Source: Syntrophales bacterium
Lineage (GTDB): Bacteria > Desulfobacterota > Syntrophia > Syntrophales > PHBD01
DNA length: 64,000 nt
Assembly (NCBI GenBank): GCA_963668175.1
Contig: OY764159.1
Location: forward strand, 704,001 to 768,000
Reading direction: 5' to 3'
Of the stretch, positions 47,163 to 57,570 are shown one piece after another (the stretch's first letter is position 1; each line of letters begins with the position of its first letter). The notes under the pieces are model-generated. The model saw only the letters and a list, made by a program, of their open reading frames with translations, was not told the DNA's origin and made no database searches. The translations under genes were made by a program, and so were the position numbers.

Positions 47163-48218
47163 ATGCCGAGAATTCGAGGAAAATCCAAGAAAGCTGAAAT
47201 ATTGACCTTAGAAGCAGCAGTAAAGAAATACATGCATAACGGAATAACTTGTGCCTTCAGCGGATTTACCGGTTTCAACAGGAACCCGTTTGCCTTTGCC
47301 TGGGAGACCGTGAGACAGGGCTTCAAAGACCTCCATGTGCTGGATCGTCACGGAAGCCAGTGCACCTGGCTTCTCAACACGGTCGGCGCCATGAAAATAT
47401 ATGAAACCAACTGGATGGGTTGGGGTGAAATGGCCGGGAAGATCGACATCAACCTGGAAAGGAATTATAAAGCAGGCAAAATGATTCTTGAAGACTATTC
47501 GCACGGCGCCATCGCCATGAGGTTCCTCGCCGGCGCCATCGGGGCTCCCTTTATTCCCTACTGCGCTCCATTGGGATCGGACCTCTACAATCCCAAGTAC
47601 GATTCCCTGGGCAGGGCCGGGATGCGAGACGGGAAGAACCCGAGAATCGCGAAAAAGAAATTCATCCAGATGGAAGAACCTTTCTGGGGTGAAGGCGACG
47701 TCGTCCTGCTGCCTGCAGCCAGGCCGGAACTTGCCATCATCCATGTCTCCCAGGTGGGAGACAAAGGAACCGCCCACTGGCGCGGCGTCGGGACGATCGA
47801 TAAGGAGATCTCTTTTGCCTGCGATAAGGTAGTGATTCTTGCCGAAGAAATCATTCCCGAGGCGGAAATGCGGAAACTGCCCGAAACGAATCAGATTCCC
47901 TATTTCGTTGTGGATGCCATCGTGGAATGCCCCTGGGGGGCCTTCCCGAGCTCCGTGCCCTTCTTCTATGACTATGACGCGCCGTTCATGAGGGAGATGG
48001 ACAAGGCGTCGCGCAATCCCGAAGATCTCAAGAAATGGCTCGACGAATGGGTATTCGGGCCGAAGAACTGGGAAGACTTCGTCGTAAAGCTCGGCGCGAA
48101 GAGGTTGCTGGATCTGAGGGCGGACAGCGTCACCGGATACAGCGTGAAGATGATGCGGGGTAAAAAACCGGCTCCCAGGATGAAGATGCCTTTGTCCGTG
48201 GCACGAAGCGGATACTAA
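47163..48218 (+). CDS. Family I CoA-transferase subunit A (glutaconate CoA-transferase-like)
   Basis: EDYSHGAIAMRFLAGAIGAPF, LGSDL, IHVSQVGDKGTA, VDAIVECPWGAFP. Confidence 0.85.
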   Translation: MPRIRGKSKKAEILTLEAAVKKYMHNGITCAFSGFTGFNRNPFAFAWETVRQGFKDLHVLDRHGSQCTWLLNTVGAMKIYETNWMGWGEMAGKIDINLERNYKAGKMILEDYSHGAIAMRFLAGAIGAPFIPYCAPLGSDLYNPKYDSLGRAGMRDGKNPRIAKKKFIQMEEPFWGEGDVVLLPAARPELAIIHVSQVGDKGTAHWRGVGTIDKEISFACDKVVILAEEIIPEAEMRKLPETNQIPYFVVDAIVECPWGAFPSSVPFFYDYDAPFMREMDKASRNPEDLKKWLDEWVFGPKNWEDFVVKLGAKRLLDLRADSVTGYSVKMMRGKKPAPRMKMPLSVARSGY

Positions 48219-48239
48219 AAGAAAGGGGGGATACTGAAC

Positions 48240-49142
48240 ATGGCAAAATCAATGGAAGAATTGATGGAATTGATCGATAAGATACCCAACGAACCGGCCA
48301 AGGTCGGAGAGTTCATCCTGCCGGAGCTAATGGCCATCGCCATTGCCAATGAAGTCCGTAACGACGATGTCGTCTTTGCCGGAACCGGGCTTCCTATGGT
48401 GGGTATCATGACCGCCAACTTCACCAACGCGCCGAATGCCCTCCTGATTTACGAATCGGGGATATGCGACGGAAAGACCATGCACGTCCCCATGTCCGTC
48501 TGTGACCAGCGTGCCGCCAACATGAGTTCGACCCTGGGCGGATTGGTGGACACCTTCGGATATTACCTGCAGCAGGGTTACGTGACCCTGGGATTCCTCG
48601 GCGGCGCGGCCATCGATAAATACGGCGGCGTCAACGTCACTTCCATCGGCGACTACTATGCTCCCTCCCACCGCTTTACAGGTTCGGGCGGCAACTCCGA
48701 CATCGGTACCATGGCGCACAGAACAGCCTATATCATTCTGCAGGAGAAGCGGAGATTCCTGGAGCGGAACGAATATACGACCACTCCCGGGTGGTGGTGC
48801 TGGGACTTTAAAACGAACGAATGGAAGCCTAAAAAGGAAGTATGGAAAGGGACGGCCTATGCCAACTGCGGTCCCTGCGGCGTCGTGACCAATATGGGGG
48901 TCTACCGGTTTGACGACAAGGGAGAAATCTACCTGGAAACGCATCATCCCGGTGTTACGGTAGAGCAGGTCCAGGAGAACTGCGGATTTAAGCTGAACGT
49001 ATCGAAGGTGAAAGGGGAATCGCCCCATCCCACCTACCGGGATCTCTTCGTCCTTCGGGAATTCGTCGATCCCGAATTGATCTTCCTGCCGGCGAAGACG
49101 GAATATACAAAGGAGATCCAGGCGATCATAGACAAAGGGTGA
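48240..49142 (+). CDS. Family I CoA-transferase subunit B
   Basis: FAGTGLP, IYESG (catalytic Glu), GFLGGAAIDKYGGVN, GSGG, HPGVTVEQV. Confidence 0.87.
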   Translation: MAKSMEELMELIDKIPNEPAKVGEFILPELMAIAIANEVRNDDVVFAGTGLPMVGIMTANFTNAPNALLIYESGICDGKTMHVPMSVCDQRAANMSSTLGGLVDTFGYYLQQGYVTLGFLGGAAIDKYGGVNVTSIGDYYAPSHRFTGSGGNSDIGTMAHRTAYIILQEKRRFLERNEYTTTPGWWCWDFKTNEWKPKKEVWKGTAYANCGPCGVVTNMGVYRFDDKGEIYLETHHPGVTVEQVQENCGFKLNVSKVKGESPHPTYRDLFVLREFVDPELIFLPAKTEYTKEIQAIIDKG

Positions 49143-49150
49143 TATAGAAC

Positions 49151-49188
49151 TGATGAGGGGGGCGGGATTTCCGCCCCTCGTCATTTTT
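49151..49188 (+). terminator. Putative intrinsic terminator after CoA-transferase B
   Basis: TGATGAGGGGGGCGG-GATTT-CCGCCCCTCGTCA followed by TTTTT. Confidence 0.65.
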
Positions 49189-49230
49189 ACTCAAAAATAG
49201 TTAAAGGTCAGTTTTAAGAGGAGAGTTGAA

Positions 49231-50388
49231 ATGAATTTAGATTTATCGGAAGAACAAAAAATCATACAGGATACGGCAAGGAATTTTGCGAAATCGGAGC
49301 TGGAGCCCGTAGCGGCGAAGCTGGATGAGCACGGCGACCGGGAGACATTCCTGAAGAATCTGCGAAAGCTTGCAGAGCTGGGGCTTATGTCCATCAACGT
49401 CAAGGCCGATTACGGCGGATCGGAAGCCGGCGTCGTTGCCTTCAGTCTCGCGGTCACGGAGATAGGCAGGGCCTGCGCCTCCACCGGGGTCACCATGTCG
49501 GTCAACAATATGGTCTGTGAGGTCATCCAGGCCATCGGTTCGGAGGAACAGAAGAAGAAATACATCCCCAAGATTGCCTCCGGCGAATATTACGCGGGGG
49601 GATTCGGTCTTACCGAAACGACGGCCGGTTCCGACCCGGCGGGAATGCGCTGCTCGGCCATCCTGGACGGCAATGAGTATGTCCTCAACGGCAACAAGCT
49701 GTTCATCACGAGCGCCGAGTATGCCGGGGTTTTTGTCGTCTGGGCCGTTACGGACAAGTCGGCCCCCAAAGGCAAGGGCATCAGCACCTTCCTGATCGAG
49801 AACGGCATCAAAGGTTTCACCGTCGGCCGGGCGGAACACAAGATGGGCCAGCACGCCTCGGCGACCAACGAGTTGATTTTCGAAGACTGCCGGGTTCCCA
49901 AATCGGCCATGATGGGCAAACCGAACGACGGTTTCCGCACCGCCGTGGGCGAACTGGCGGGCGGGCGTATCGGTATCGGCTCCCTGGGGCTCGGTATCGG
50001 ACAGGCGGCGATCGAGTATGCCGCGAAGTACGCCCTGGAGAGAAAGCAATTCGATCAGTCCATCACGAACTTCCAGGCGATCCAGTGGATGCTTGCCGAG
50101 TCCTATACGGAACTCGAAGCGGCCAGACTCCTGCTCATGAATGCGGCCTTCCAGAAGGAAAACGGCCGATTCTTTGCCAGGCAGGCTTCCATGGCGAAAT
50201 ATTACGCCACGGAAGCGGCGGAGAGGGCCTGCCATAATGCCATCCAGATTCTGGGCGGCTACGGCTACACCAAGGAATTCCCCGTCGAGCGCTACGCGCG
50301 GGATGTTCGGATCACGTCCATTTATGAAGGGACAAACCAGATTCAGCGCGTCATCATCGCCAGGGACATTCTCAGCAGCCTGAAGTAG
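49231..50388 (+). CDS. Acyl-CoA dehydrogenase (butyryl-CoA dehydrogenase-like)
   Basis: FGLTETTAGSD, NGNKLFIT, KMG, RKQF, QILGGYGY, IYEGTNQIQR. Confidence 0.93.
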   Translation: MNLDLSEEQKIIQDTARNFAKSELEPVAAKLDEHGDRETFLKNLRKLAELGLMSINVKADYGGSEAGVVAFSLAVTEIGRACASTGVTMSVNNMVCEVIQAIGSEEQKKKYIPKIASGEYYAGGFGLTETTAGSDPAGMRCSAILDGNEYVLNGNKLFITSAEYAGVFVVWAVTDKSAPKGKGISTFLIENGIKGFTVGRAEHKMGQHASATNELIFEDCRVPKSAMMGKPNDGFRTAVGELAGGRIGIGSLGLGIGQAAIEYAAKYALERKQFDQSITNFQAIQWMLAESYTELEAARLLLMNAAFQKENGRFFARQASMAKYYATEAAERACHNAIQILGGYGYTKEFPVERYARDVRITSIYEGTNQIQRVIIARDILSSLK

Positions 50389-50498
50389 ATAAAATCGGAC
50401 CGCCATAAAGACCGGAACGACTGGAACGGCGGTTCTTCATAAAGAAAAACGGTCGCTGTCGCAGTAACTGGGACGACGACGGGCAACGGGAGATGTTG

Positions 50499-50538
50499 GA
50501 AGCCTCTTGTCAGCGCGCTGACGAGGGGCTTCTTTTTT
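50499..50538 (+). terminator. Intrinsic terminator after the acyl-CoA dehydrogenase
   Basis: 15-bp stem GAAGCCTCTTGTCAG-CGCG-CTGACGAGGGGCTTC (G-U pairs on + strand) followed by TTTTTT. Confidence 0.75.
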
Positions 50539-50684
50539 GGACTGAAAACGGCATGGACGCCGGGCCGGGGCCTCGTTGAATTTTCCGGCCGTTCATACCG
50601 CAGGCGCAAATCAACCTCAACGCGATTGTCCTCTTTACAGGGCACCTGTCTTATGATCCGCTTTCGGGTGAAAGCGCCGTTCGG

Positions 50685-50879
50685 CTATTCTTTGCTTTTA
50701 ACTTTGACAAGGATGCTGCGGCAGCATTCGGCATTCTTGATGGCGAAACAGTCGGGCCGCTCGATGACCTGATACTGGCCGTTGGCCTCGACTTCAAGGT
50801 CGTCGATGGTAAGCCCGCCGTCTTTGGGCACAAACAACATCCGGCCGATGGGAATGCCGCCTTCTTTCAAAAGAGCCAT
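50685..50879 (-). CDS. Small hypothetical protein (64 aa, C..CC)
   Basis: GAGGAGG RBS before ATG 50879; MALLKEGGIPIGRMLF...DCF...ECCRSILVKVK; follows the aminotransferase. Confidence 0.65.
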   Translation of the reverse strand: MALLKEGGIPIGRMLFVPKDGGLTIDDLEVEANGQYQVIERPDCFAIKNAECCRSILVKVKSKE

Positions 50880-50936
50880 GTTCCACCTCCTCATGCTGAT
50901 TTGTCCGAATTTTGTTGCTTCATTTCCGGGCGGAAT

Positions 50937-52097
50937 TCAGGCCCGGCTTTTCAGGTGTTCCAGGCGTTGCCCGGCCTCGTGGAGCGTTTCCGTTTTTTTG
51001 GCGAAGTGGAGTCGGATGAGATGATTGACCGGTTCATGAAAGAAACTGGAACCGGGCACAGCGGCGACCCCGATTTCCCGCGCCATCCATTGGCAGAAAT
51101 CAATGTCGCTGCCCTTCCAGCCCAAGGCGGAGATATCGATCATGACGTAATAGGCCCCCTCGGGCTTCGTATATGTAAGCCCGGCGCGGTCCAGGTAGGA
51201 GAGGAAGACGTCGCGCCTTTGGGTGTAGCCGTCCCGGAGGTCTCGGTAGTACGAATCGCCGAATTCCAGGGCCGTCACGGCAGCCTCCTGCAAGGGCGCG
51301 GCCGCTCCGACGGTGAGAAAATCGTGTACTTTCCTGGCATTTTCGATGATCTCCCTTGACGCGATAACGTAACCCAGCCTCCAGCCGGTGATGGAATAGG
51401 TCTTGGACAGCGAGCTGCAGGACAGGGTCCTGGCGAACATGTTCGGCAAAGTCGCCATATAGGTGTGGCGGTGGGGCTCGTAAACGATATGTTCGTAGAC
51501 CTCGTCCGTAATGACGAAGGTGTCGTATTCCTGCGCGAGACGGGCGATCTGCTCAAGTTCGGAGCGGGTGAAGACCTTGCCCGAAGGATTGGACGGGTTG
51601 CATAGGACGATGGCCTTCGGCCGCTGCTCGAAGGCCTTCTTCAACTCTCCCGGGTCGAAGAGGAAATCCGGGGGATGAAGCGGAACGTAAATGGGCACGG
51701 CGCCTGTGAGGATTGTATCGGCGCCGTAATTCTCATAAAAAGGAGAGAAGATGATGACCCGCTCCCCGGGATTGCAAACAGTCATCATCGCCACCATCAT
51801 CGCTTCCGTGCTGCCGCACGTCACGACGATATGATCGTCGGGGTCGATTTCCATATCCATGAAACGGGATTGCTTCTTGGCCAGGGCCTGCCGGAATCGG
51901 GGAGCTCCCCACGTGATGGCGTATTGATGGGGGCCGGCGAGGGCCGTGCGCGCAGCAGCCTCCAGGAGTTCCCGAGGGGGATCGAAGTCCGGAAAACCCT
52001 GGGAGAGGTTGATGGCGCCCGTTTCGTTGGCGATCCTTGTCATCCAGCGAATAACGGACTCGGTGAAGCCGCTCAAGCGTCGGCTGATCGACGGCAT
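50937..52097 (-). CDS. PLP-dependent aminotransferase class I/II
   Basis: INLSQGFPDF, NPSNPSG, DEVYE, SLSKTYSITGWRLG. Confidence 0.92.
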   Translation of the reverse strand: MPSISRRLSGFTESVIRWMTRIANETGAINLSQGFPDFDPPRELLEAAARTALAGPHQYAITWGAPRFRQALAKKQSRFMDMEIDPDDHIVVTCGSTEAMMVAMMTVCNPGERVIIFSPFYENYGADTILTGAVPIYVPLHPPDFLFDPGELKKAFEQRPKAIVLCNPSNPSGKVFTRSELEQIARLAQEYDTFVITDEVYEHIVYEPHRHTYMATLPNMFARTLSCSSLSKTYSITGWRLGYVIASREIIENARKVHDFLTVGAAAPLQEAAVTALEFGDSYYRDLRDGYTQRRDVFLSYLDRAGLTYTKPEGAYYVMIDISALGWKGSDIDFCQWMAREIGVAAVPGSSFFHEPVNHLIRLHFAKKTETLHEAGQRLEHLKSRA

Positions 52098-52155
52098 AAT
52101 GCTATCCTTCGGGATGAAGACATTATGCGCAAGATATAAGGAACCCGACTTTTTG

Positions 52156-53829
52156 TCAATCCCGGAAGATGGCGCCCGTGCTGGCCGACGTTACCAGCTT
52201 GGCATACCTCGCCAGGTAACCGCTGGTGATCGGGGACTTGAAGGGTTTCAGGGCCTTTCTCCGCTTGGCCAGTTCCTCATTGCCGACCTGAAGGCTGATG
52301 GTCTTCTTGGGGATGTCGATACGGATCCGGTCGCCTTCCCGGATGAGGGCAATCGGACCCCCTTCGGCCGCCTCGGGCGAGATGTGGCCGATGGCGGCGC
52401 CGCGGGTCCCGCCGCTGAAGCGTCCGTCCGTGAGCAGGGCCACGGATTTGTCGAGGCCCATCCCCGCGATGGCTGACGTCGGCGAGAGCATCTCCCGCAT
52501 CCCGGGTCCGCCCTTCGGACCTTCGTACCGGATGACGACGATATCGCCGGCCTTGATCTTGCCGCCCAGGATGGCCTGGATCGCCTCATCCTCGGAGTCG
52601 AAAACGCGGGCCCGGCCTTCGTTGACGAGCATATCGGCGGCCACGGCCGACTGTTTGACGACGGCGCCGTTGGGGGCGAGGTTGCCCCGGAGAATGGCGA
52701 TGCCGCCTTCCTTGCTGTAAGGCTGGTCAAGGGGGCGGATCACGTCGGCATCGATCACCCGCGCCTTCTTGAGGTTCTCCCCGACGGTTTTTCCCGTTAC
52801 GGTCAGGGCATCCTGATCAATGACGCCCAAAGGCAGGATTGTCTTCATGACGCCGGGGATGCCGCCGGCCCCGTTCAGGTCTTCGAGATGGTGCTTGCCG
52901 GCGGGGCTGAGATGGCAGAGGTTGGGGGTCTTCTTGCTCAAGGAGTTGAAGAGATCGAGGTCGAGACGGATGCCCGCTTCATGGGCGACGGCCGGGATAT
53001 GCAGCACCGTATTGGTGGAGCAGCCGAGGGCCATATCGACGGCGATGGCATTCTTGAAGGCGGCCAGCGTGGCGATGTCCCGGGGCTTGATGTCTTTGCC
53101 GAGAAGCTCCATGACCTTCATGCCCGCCTCTTTGGCCAGCCGGCGCCGCGCCGCATCGACGGCGGGTATCGTCCCATTGCCCGGCAGTCCCAGACCCAGG
53201 GCCTCGGTCACGCAGTTCATGGAATTGGCCGTGAACATGCCGGAACAAGACCCGCAACCGGGGCAGGCGCAGTCTTCGAGGGCCTTCAGCGTGGCCTGCG
53301 TCATCCGCCGGGATTTGACCCCGCCGACGCCTTCAAAGACGCTGATGAGATCGACGGATTTACCCTGCAGGCGGCCCGACAGCATGGGGCCGCCGCTGAC
53401 GAATACGGAAGGGATGTTCAGGCGCATGGCCGCCATCAACATGCCGGGGATGATCTTGTCGCAATTGGGAATAAAGACGAGGGCATCGAAGGGATGAGCC
53501 GTGGCCATGACTTCGACGGAATCGGCGATGATCTCACGACTGGCGAGGGAGTACTTCATGCCCGTATGGCCCATGGCGATGCCGTCGCAGACGCCGATTA
53601 CGGGAAATTCCACAGGGGTTCCGCCGGCCATGCGGATTCCGGCCTTGACGTCGTCGGTGATGATGTCGAGATGGATATGGCCGGGAATGATCTCGTTGGC
53701 GGCATTAACGACGCCGATGATCGGCCGCGACAGTTCTTCATCGGTATACCCCATGGCCTTGAACAGGGATCTGTGGGGCGCCCGCTCCAAGCCCTTGGTC
53801 ATCAGGTCGCTACGACGGGTTTTTTTCAT
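52156..53829 (-). CDS. ilvD: Dihydroxy-acid dehydratase
   Basis: [53 protein letters not shown]. Confidence 0.96.
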   Translation of the reverse strand: MKKTRRSDLMTKGLERAPHRSLFKAMGYTDEELSRPIIGVVNAANEIIPGHIHLDIITDDVKAGIRMAGGTPVEFPVIGVCDGIAMGHTGMKYSLASREIIADSVEVMATAHPFDALVFIPNCDKIIPGMLMAAMRLNIPSVFVSGGPMLSGRLQGKSVDLISVFEGVGGVKSRRMTQATLKALEDCACPGCGSCSGMFTANSMNCVTEALGLGLPGNGTIPAVDAARRRLAKEAGMKVMELLGKDIKPRDIATLAAFKNAIAVDMALGCSTNTVLHIPAVAHEAGIRLDLDLFNSLSKKTPNLCHLSPAGKHHLEDLNGAGGIPGVMKTILPLGVIDQDALTVTGKTVGENLKKARVIDADVIRPLDQPYSKEGGIAILRGNLAPNGAVVKQSAVAADMLVNEGRARVFDSEDEAIQAILGGKIKAGDIVVIRYEGPKGGPGMREMLSPTSAIAGMGLDKSVALLTDGRFSGGTRGAAIGHISPEAAEGGPIALIREGDRIRIDIPKKTISLQVGNEELAKRRKALKPFKSPITSGYLARYAKLVTSASTGAIFRD

Positions 53830-53890
53830 GGTTTTACCTCCGGGCTGAACTGCCCTCATCTATGGCCGCATCACCAGAGACGGCCTTCGG

Positions 53891-54943
53891 TTATTTCTTC
53901 CTCATCTCCGGTCTCAGGGACCGCACGGCCGCACCGGCGCGCCACATCTCGGAATTTCTAATTTCCGCGAGTTCGCGGTCGAGGCGCTGCCTGTAATCGG
54001 GAGCGCTGTTGGCCTCCAGGACGACAGCCGTTTCCTTGCCGGAGACGACCCGTTCATAGAGCTCGTCGAATACCGGCGCCACGGCGTCGCGGAACTTGTT
54101 TTTCCAGTCAAGCGCCCCCCGCTGGGCCGTTGTACTGCAATTGGCATACATCCAGTCCATGCCGTTGTCGGCCACGAGACGGATCAGGCTCTGGGTCAAT
54201 TCCTCCACGGTTTCGTTGAAGGCCTCGCTGGGCGTATGGCCGTGCTTCCGCAGGAGATTGTACTGAGCCTCCATGACCCCGGCCAGGCAACCCATGAGGA
54301 CGCCGCGCTCGCCGGTCAGGTCGCTGTAGACCTCGTTCGCGAACGTCGTGGGGAAAAGATATCCCGAGCCGATGGCGATACCCAGGGCCAATGTCCTTTC
54401 CGCCGCTCGTCCCGTGAAATCCTGAAAGACGGCATAGCTGGAATTGATGCCGCTCCCTTCCAGGAAGTTGGTGCGGACGGTGCGCCCCGAACCTTTGGGG
54501 GCGACCAAGATGACGTCGACATTGGGCGGCGGGATGATCCCCGTCTGCTCTTTATAGACGATGGAGAATCCATGGGAGAAATAGAGGGCGTCTCCCGCTT
54601 TCAGGTGCGGTTTGATTGAAGGCCACAGGGCCTTCTGGCCGGCGTCGGAAAGGAGATACTGGATCACGGTGGCCCGTTCGGCCGCCTCCTCCAGGGGAAA
54701 GAGCGTTTTTCCCGGCACAAAGCCGTCTTCGACGGCCTTCTGCCAGCTTGCCGTGCCTTCTCTCTGGCCGACGATGACGCGAATGCCGTTGTCCCGCAGA
54801 TTCTTTGCCTGTCCCGGTCCCTGAACGCCGTAACCCAGGACGGCCACTGTTTCGTCTTTGAGGATATCCCGCGCTTTCTGCAGCGTGAATTCATCCGATG
54901 TCACGACGTCTTCCATGACGCCGCCAAAATCTATCTTTGCCAT
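53891..54943 (-). CDS. ilvC: Ketol-acid reductoisomerase
   Basis: VLGYGVQGPGQ, FSHGF, VAPKGSG, SDLTGERGVLMG, CSTTAQRG. Confidence 0.95.
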   Translation of the reverse strand: MAKIDFGGVMEDVVTSDEFTLQKARDILKDETVAVLGYGVQGPGQAKNLRDNGIRVIVGQREGTASWQKAVEDGFVPGKTLFPLEEAAERATVIQYLLSDAGQKALWPSIKPHLKAGDALYFSHGFSIVYKEQTGIIPPPNVDVILVAPKGSGRTVRTNFLEGSGINSSYAVFQDFTGRAAERTLALGIAIGSGYLFPTTFANEVYSDLTGERGVLMGCLAGVMEAQYNLLRKHGHTPSEAFNETVEELTQSLIRLVADNGMDWMYANCSTTAQRGALDWKNKFRDAVAPVFDELYERVVSGKETAVVLEANSAPDYRQRLDRELAEIRNSEMWRAGAAVRSLRPEMRKK

Positions 54944-54953
54944 TTTGTCCCCC

Positions 54954-55448
54954 TTATATCATTTTTCGCTTTTCCAGGGCCACCGTTCCGGTTCGCGAGT
55001 AATCGTCGATTCCCAGCGGTTCCAGCAGGGATAACGCCCTGTCAATATCATCTTTTGCGCCTGTAATTTCAAGTGTAAAGTAACCGTTGTCCAGTCTGAC
55101 GATGCGCCAGTTGTATGTGTTGACGATTTTCATCAGCGCTTCTTTCTGATCGTCCTTGATGTTCATGCGGATCAGGAGCATTTCCCGTTTGGCGGCCTCT
55201 TTTCCCGTCAGATCGTCCACGTGCATGATGTCGATGAGCCGGTCCAGCTGCTTCATGAGCTTTTCCACCGTCGCCTTGTTGCCGATGGTCGTGATGATAA
55301 TCCTCGTCACCTCCGGGTTGATCGTGATATTGGCCGAGATGGATTCGATGTTGAACCCCCTGCCGCTGAACGTACCCGCGATGCGTGCCAGGACATCCGG
55401 TTTATTCCGGACCAGCATGGAAATCGTGTTTTCGCGTACTTTTGTCAT
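54954..55448 (-). CDS. ilvN: Acetolactate synthase small (regulatory) subunit
   Basis: ACT domain NKPDVLARIAGTFSGRGFNIES, RTG. Confidence 0.93.
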   Translation of the reverse strand: MTKVRENTISMLVRNKPDVLARIAGTFSGRGFNIESISANITINPEVTRIIITTIGNKATVEKLMKQLDRLIDIMHVDDLTGKEAAKREMLLIRMNIKDDQKEALMKIVNTYNWRIVRLDNGYFTLEITGAKDDIDRALSLLEPLGIDDYSRTGTVALEKRKMI

Positions 55449-55579
55449 ATACCCTGTCTCCCGATCTCTTGATAATTGCCGACGGTTCCCTGGAGGGACC
55501 GTCCCGTTTCCGTGGTGCTGTTTTTTATTCTTCGGCGTATCTTTTCTCCACCGGCTTCTCTCGCGGTGGTATCCTATGG

Positions 55580-57316
55580 CTAGTTAAAACTTCTGGCGCC
55601 CGGATCTTCTTTGCCGTTCAATTTCGCGGCGTCCGGACCCAATTCCATATCCGTAATCGGGGCCCCCGGCTTTACCATGGGATAGACGCACTCTTCCGGA
55701 CAGACCTGAAAATCCGCTACTACAACGCCGGGCGTTTCTATGACTTTCCTCAAGACCTGGTCAACTTCCTCGGGACGAGTGGCCCGCAGTCCCGTCGCGC
55801 CGTAGGCTTCGGCGAGCTTCACAAAATCGGGTGCCCCCGTCATGTTTGTGTGGGAGTACCGTTTTCCGTAAAAGAGCTGCTGCCACTGACGGACCATGCC
55901 GAGGAAGCGGTTGTTCAGGATGACGATTTTCACGGGGATATTATAGAATACGGCCGTGGCCAGTTCCTGAATGTTCATCTGGATACTGCCGTCACCGGCG
56001 ATGTCCACGACGAGTTGATCCGGACAGGCCACCTGGGCCCCGATAGCCGCCGGGAAACCGTACCCCATGGTTCCCAGGCCGCCTGACGAGAGGAATGTAT
56101 GAGGTTGATCAAAGCGATAGAACTGGGCCGCCCACATCTGATTCTGTCCGACTTCCGTCGTGATGATCGCCTTGCCCCTGGTCAGCTCGTAAAGCTTTTC
56201 GATAACGCACTGGGGTTTGATACCCGGTTCGTTGCAATAGGCCAGGGGAACATCCTTTTTCCATTGGTTGACCTGATCCAGCCAGGCCTTGGTCTGCCGC
56301 CTGGGAATATTCAGCCCCTTCCGTTCAATGGCCTCGTTCAGTTTGGCAAGGGCCGTTTTGGCGTCGCTCACGATAAAGAGATGGGAGCGGATGATTCTGT
56401 CGATGGACACGGGATCGATGTCGATATGGACGATTTGCGCGTTCGGCGCAAACGCATCCACTTTGGATGTGACCCGGTCGTCGAAGCGTACGCCGATAGC
56501 GACCATGAGATCGCAGTTGCTTAGCGCCATGTTGGCGTAATAGGTGCCGTGCATTCCCGGCATGCCGAGCCAGAGATCGTCCGTTCCGGGGAAGGCGCCC
56601 AGGCCCATGAGCGTCGACGTCACAGGCATGTTCACCCGTTTGGCAAATGTGCGCAGCTCTTCGGATGCCCGGCTGAGCAGGACACCGCCGCCGGTAAAGA
56701 TGATGGGACGCTCCGCCTTGCGGATCAGCTCCAGGACCTGATCGATCTGCGCGTCCGTAGGTACCGGAGGCTCCATATTGAGATCGATATCGAAGGAGAC
56801 ATCGGCCTCTTCCATGGTGGCTACCGTGACGTCTCTCGGCAGGTCTACAAGGACCGGCCCCGGACGTCCCGACCGGGCGATATGGAAGGCCTCGCTGATC
56901 GTCCTGGCAAGGTCCTCGACCTTGCGGACCAGAAAGTTATGCTTGCTGCAGGGCCTGGTGATGCCGGTGATGTCGACTTCCTGGAAGGCGTCGTTGCCGA
57001 TCAGGGTGGTAGGGACCTGCCCCGTAAACACAACGACGGGAATGGAGTCCATATAGGCATTGGCGATTCCCGTAACGGTATTGGTGGCCCCGGGGCCCGA
57101 AGTGACCAGGCAGACGCCGACTTTACCCGATGCACGGGCATAACCGTCGGCGGCGTGGATGGCCCCCTGTTCGTGCCGGACCAGAATATGGCGTATGGAC
57201 TGCCGGCACATCTCGTCGTAAATGCCGAGGACGACGCCGCCCGGATATCCAAAAATCGTGTCAACGCCTTCCCTTTTCAGGGCTTCGAAGAAAATCTGTG
57301 CTCCCGTCAACGTCAT
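55580..57316 (-). CDS. ilvB: Acetolactate synthase large subunit
   Basis: FGYPGG, RHEQG, TSGPGATN, GDGSIQMN, GMVRQWQ. Confidence 0.95.
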   Translation of the reverse strand: MTLTGAQIFFEALKREGVDTIFGYPGGVVLGIYDEMCRQSIRHILVRHEQGAIHAADGYARASGKVGVCLVTSGPGATNTVTGIANAYMDSIPVVVFTGQVPTTLIGNDAFQEVDITGITRPCSKHNFLVRKVEDLARTISEAFHIARSGRPGPVLVDLPRDVTVATMEEADVSFDIDLNMEPPVPTDAQIDQVLELIRKAERPIIFTGGGVLLSRASEELRTFAKRVNMPVTSTLMGLGAFPGTDDLWLGMPGMHGTYYANMALSNCDLMVAIGVRFDDRVTSKVDAFAPNAQIVHIDIDPVSIDRIIRSHLFIVSDAKTALAKLNEAIERKGLNIPRRQTKAWLDQVNQWKKDVPLAYCNEPGIKPQCVIEKLYELTRGKAIITTEVGQNQMWAAQFYRFDQPHTFLSSGGLGTMGYGFPAAIGAQVACPDQLVVDIAGDGSIQMNIQELATAVFYNIPVKIVILNNRFLGMVRQWQQLFYGKRYSHTNMTGAPDFVKLAEAYGATGLRATRPEEVDQVLRKVIETPGVVVADFQVCPEECVYPMVKPGAPITDMELGPDAAKLNGKEDPGARSFN

Positions 57317-57425
57317 GTCACACCCCCTCTATCGTTGCTGCATATTCAGTCATCATGATGACCGGATCGGTAAACGCGACGAACAGGTTTCCGCCCGGTA
57401 CGAATCGTTTCATGAAAAAAACGGC

Positions 57426-57462
57426 AAAAAAAAACCGTTACCATCGGCTGGTAACGGTTTTT
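57426..57462 (-). terminator. ilv attenuator terminator hairpin
   Basis: Minus strand AAAAACCGTTACCA-GCCGA-TGGTAACGG followed by T9, located between the leader ORF and ilvB. Confidence 0.85.
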
Positions 57463-57489
57463 CTGTTTATGCCATTTAGGAGTAAACCA

Positions 57490-57570
57490 TCACCCAGCCC
57501 CTGAGATGTCAGGGATAATTATGCCTACGATAATTATGGCGATGTTTACTTTACGTTTGCAATAACCCAT
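57490..57570 (-). CDS. ilv operon leader peptide (26 aa, Ile/Val-rich)
   Basis: Not in ORF track: MGYCKRKVNIAIIIVGIIIPDISGAG*, with 8 Ile and 2 Val, upstream of antiterminator and terminator. Confidence 0.8.
   Translation of the reverse strand: MGYCKRKVNIAIIIVGIIIPDISGAG

Noticed and set aside
50440..50538. Reading frame KTVAVAVTGTTTGNG resembling a thr/ilv leader peptide before a terminator
   Set aside because: An in-frame TAA precedes it, there is no start codon, and no plus-strand gene follows. The hairpin is best explained as the acyl-CoA dehydrogenase terminator.
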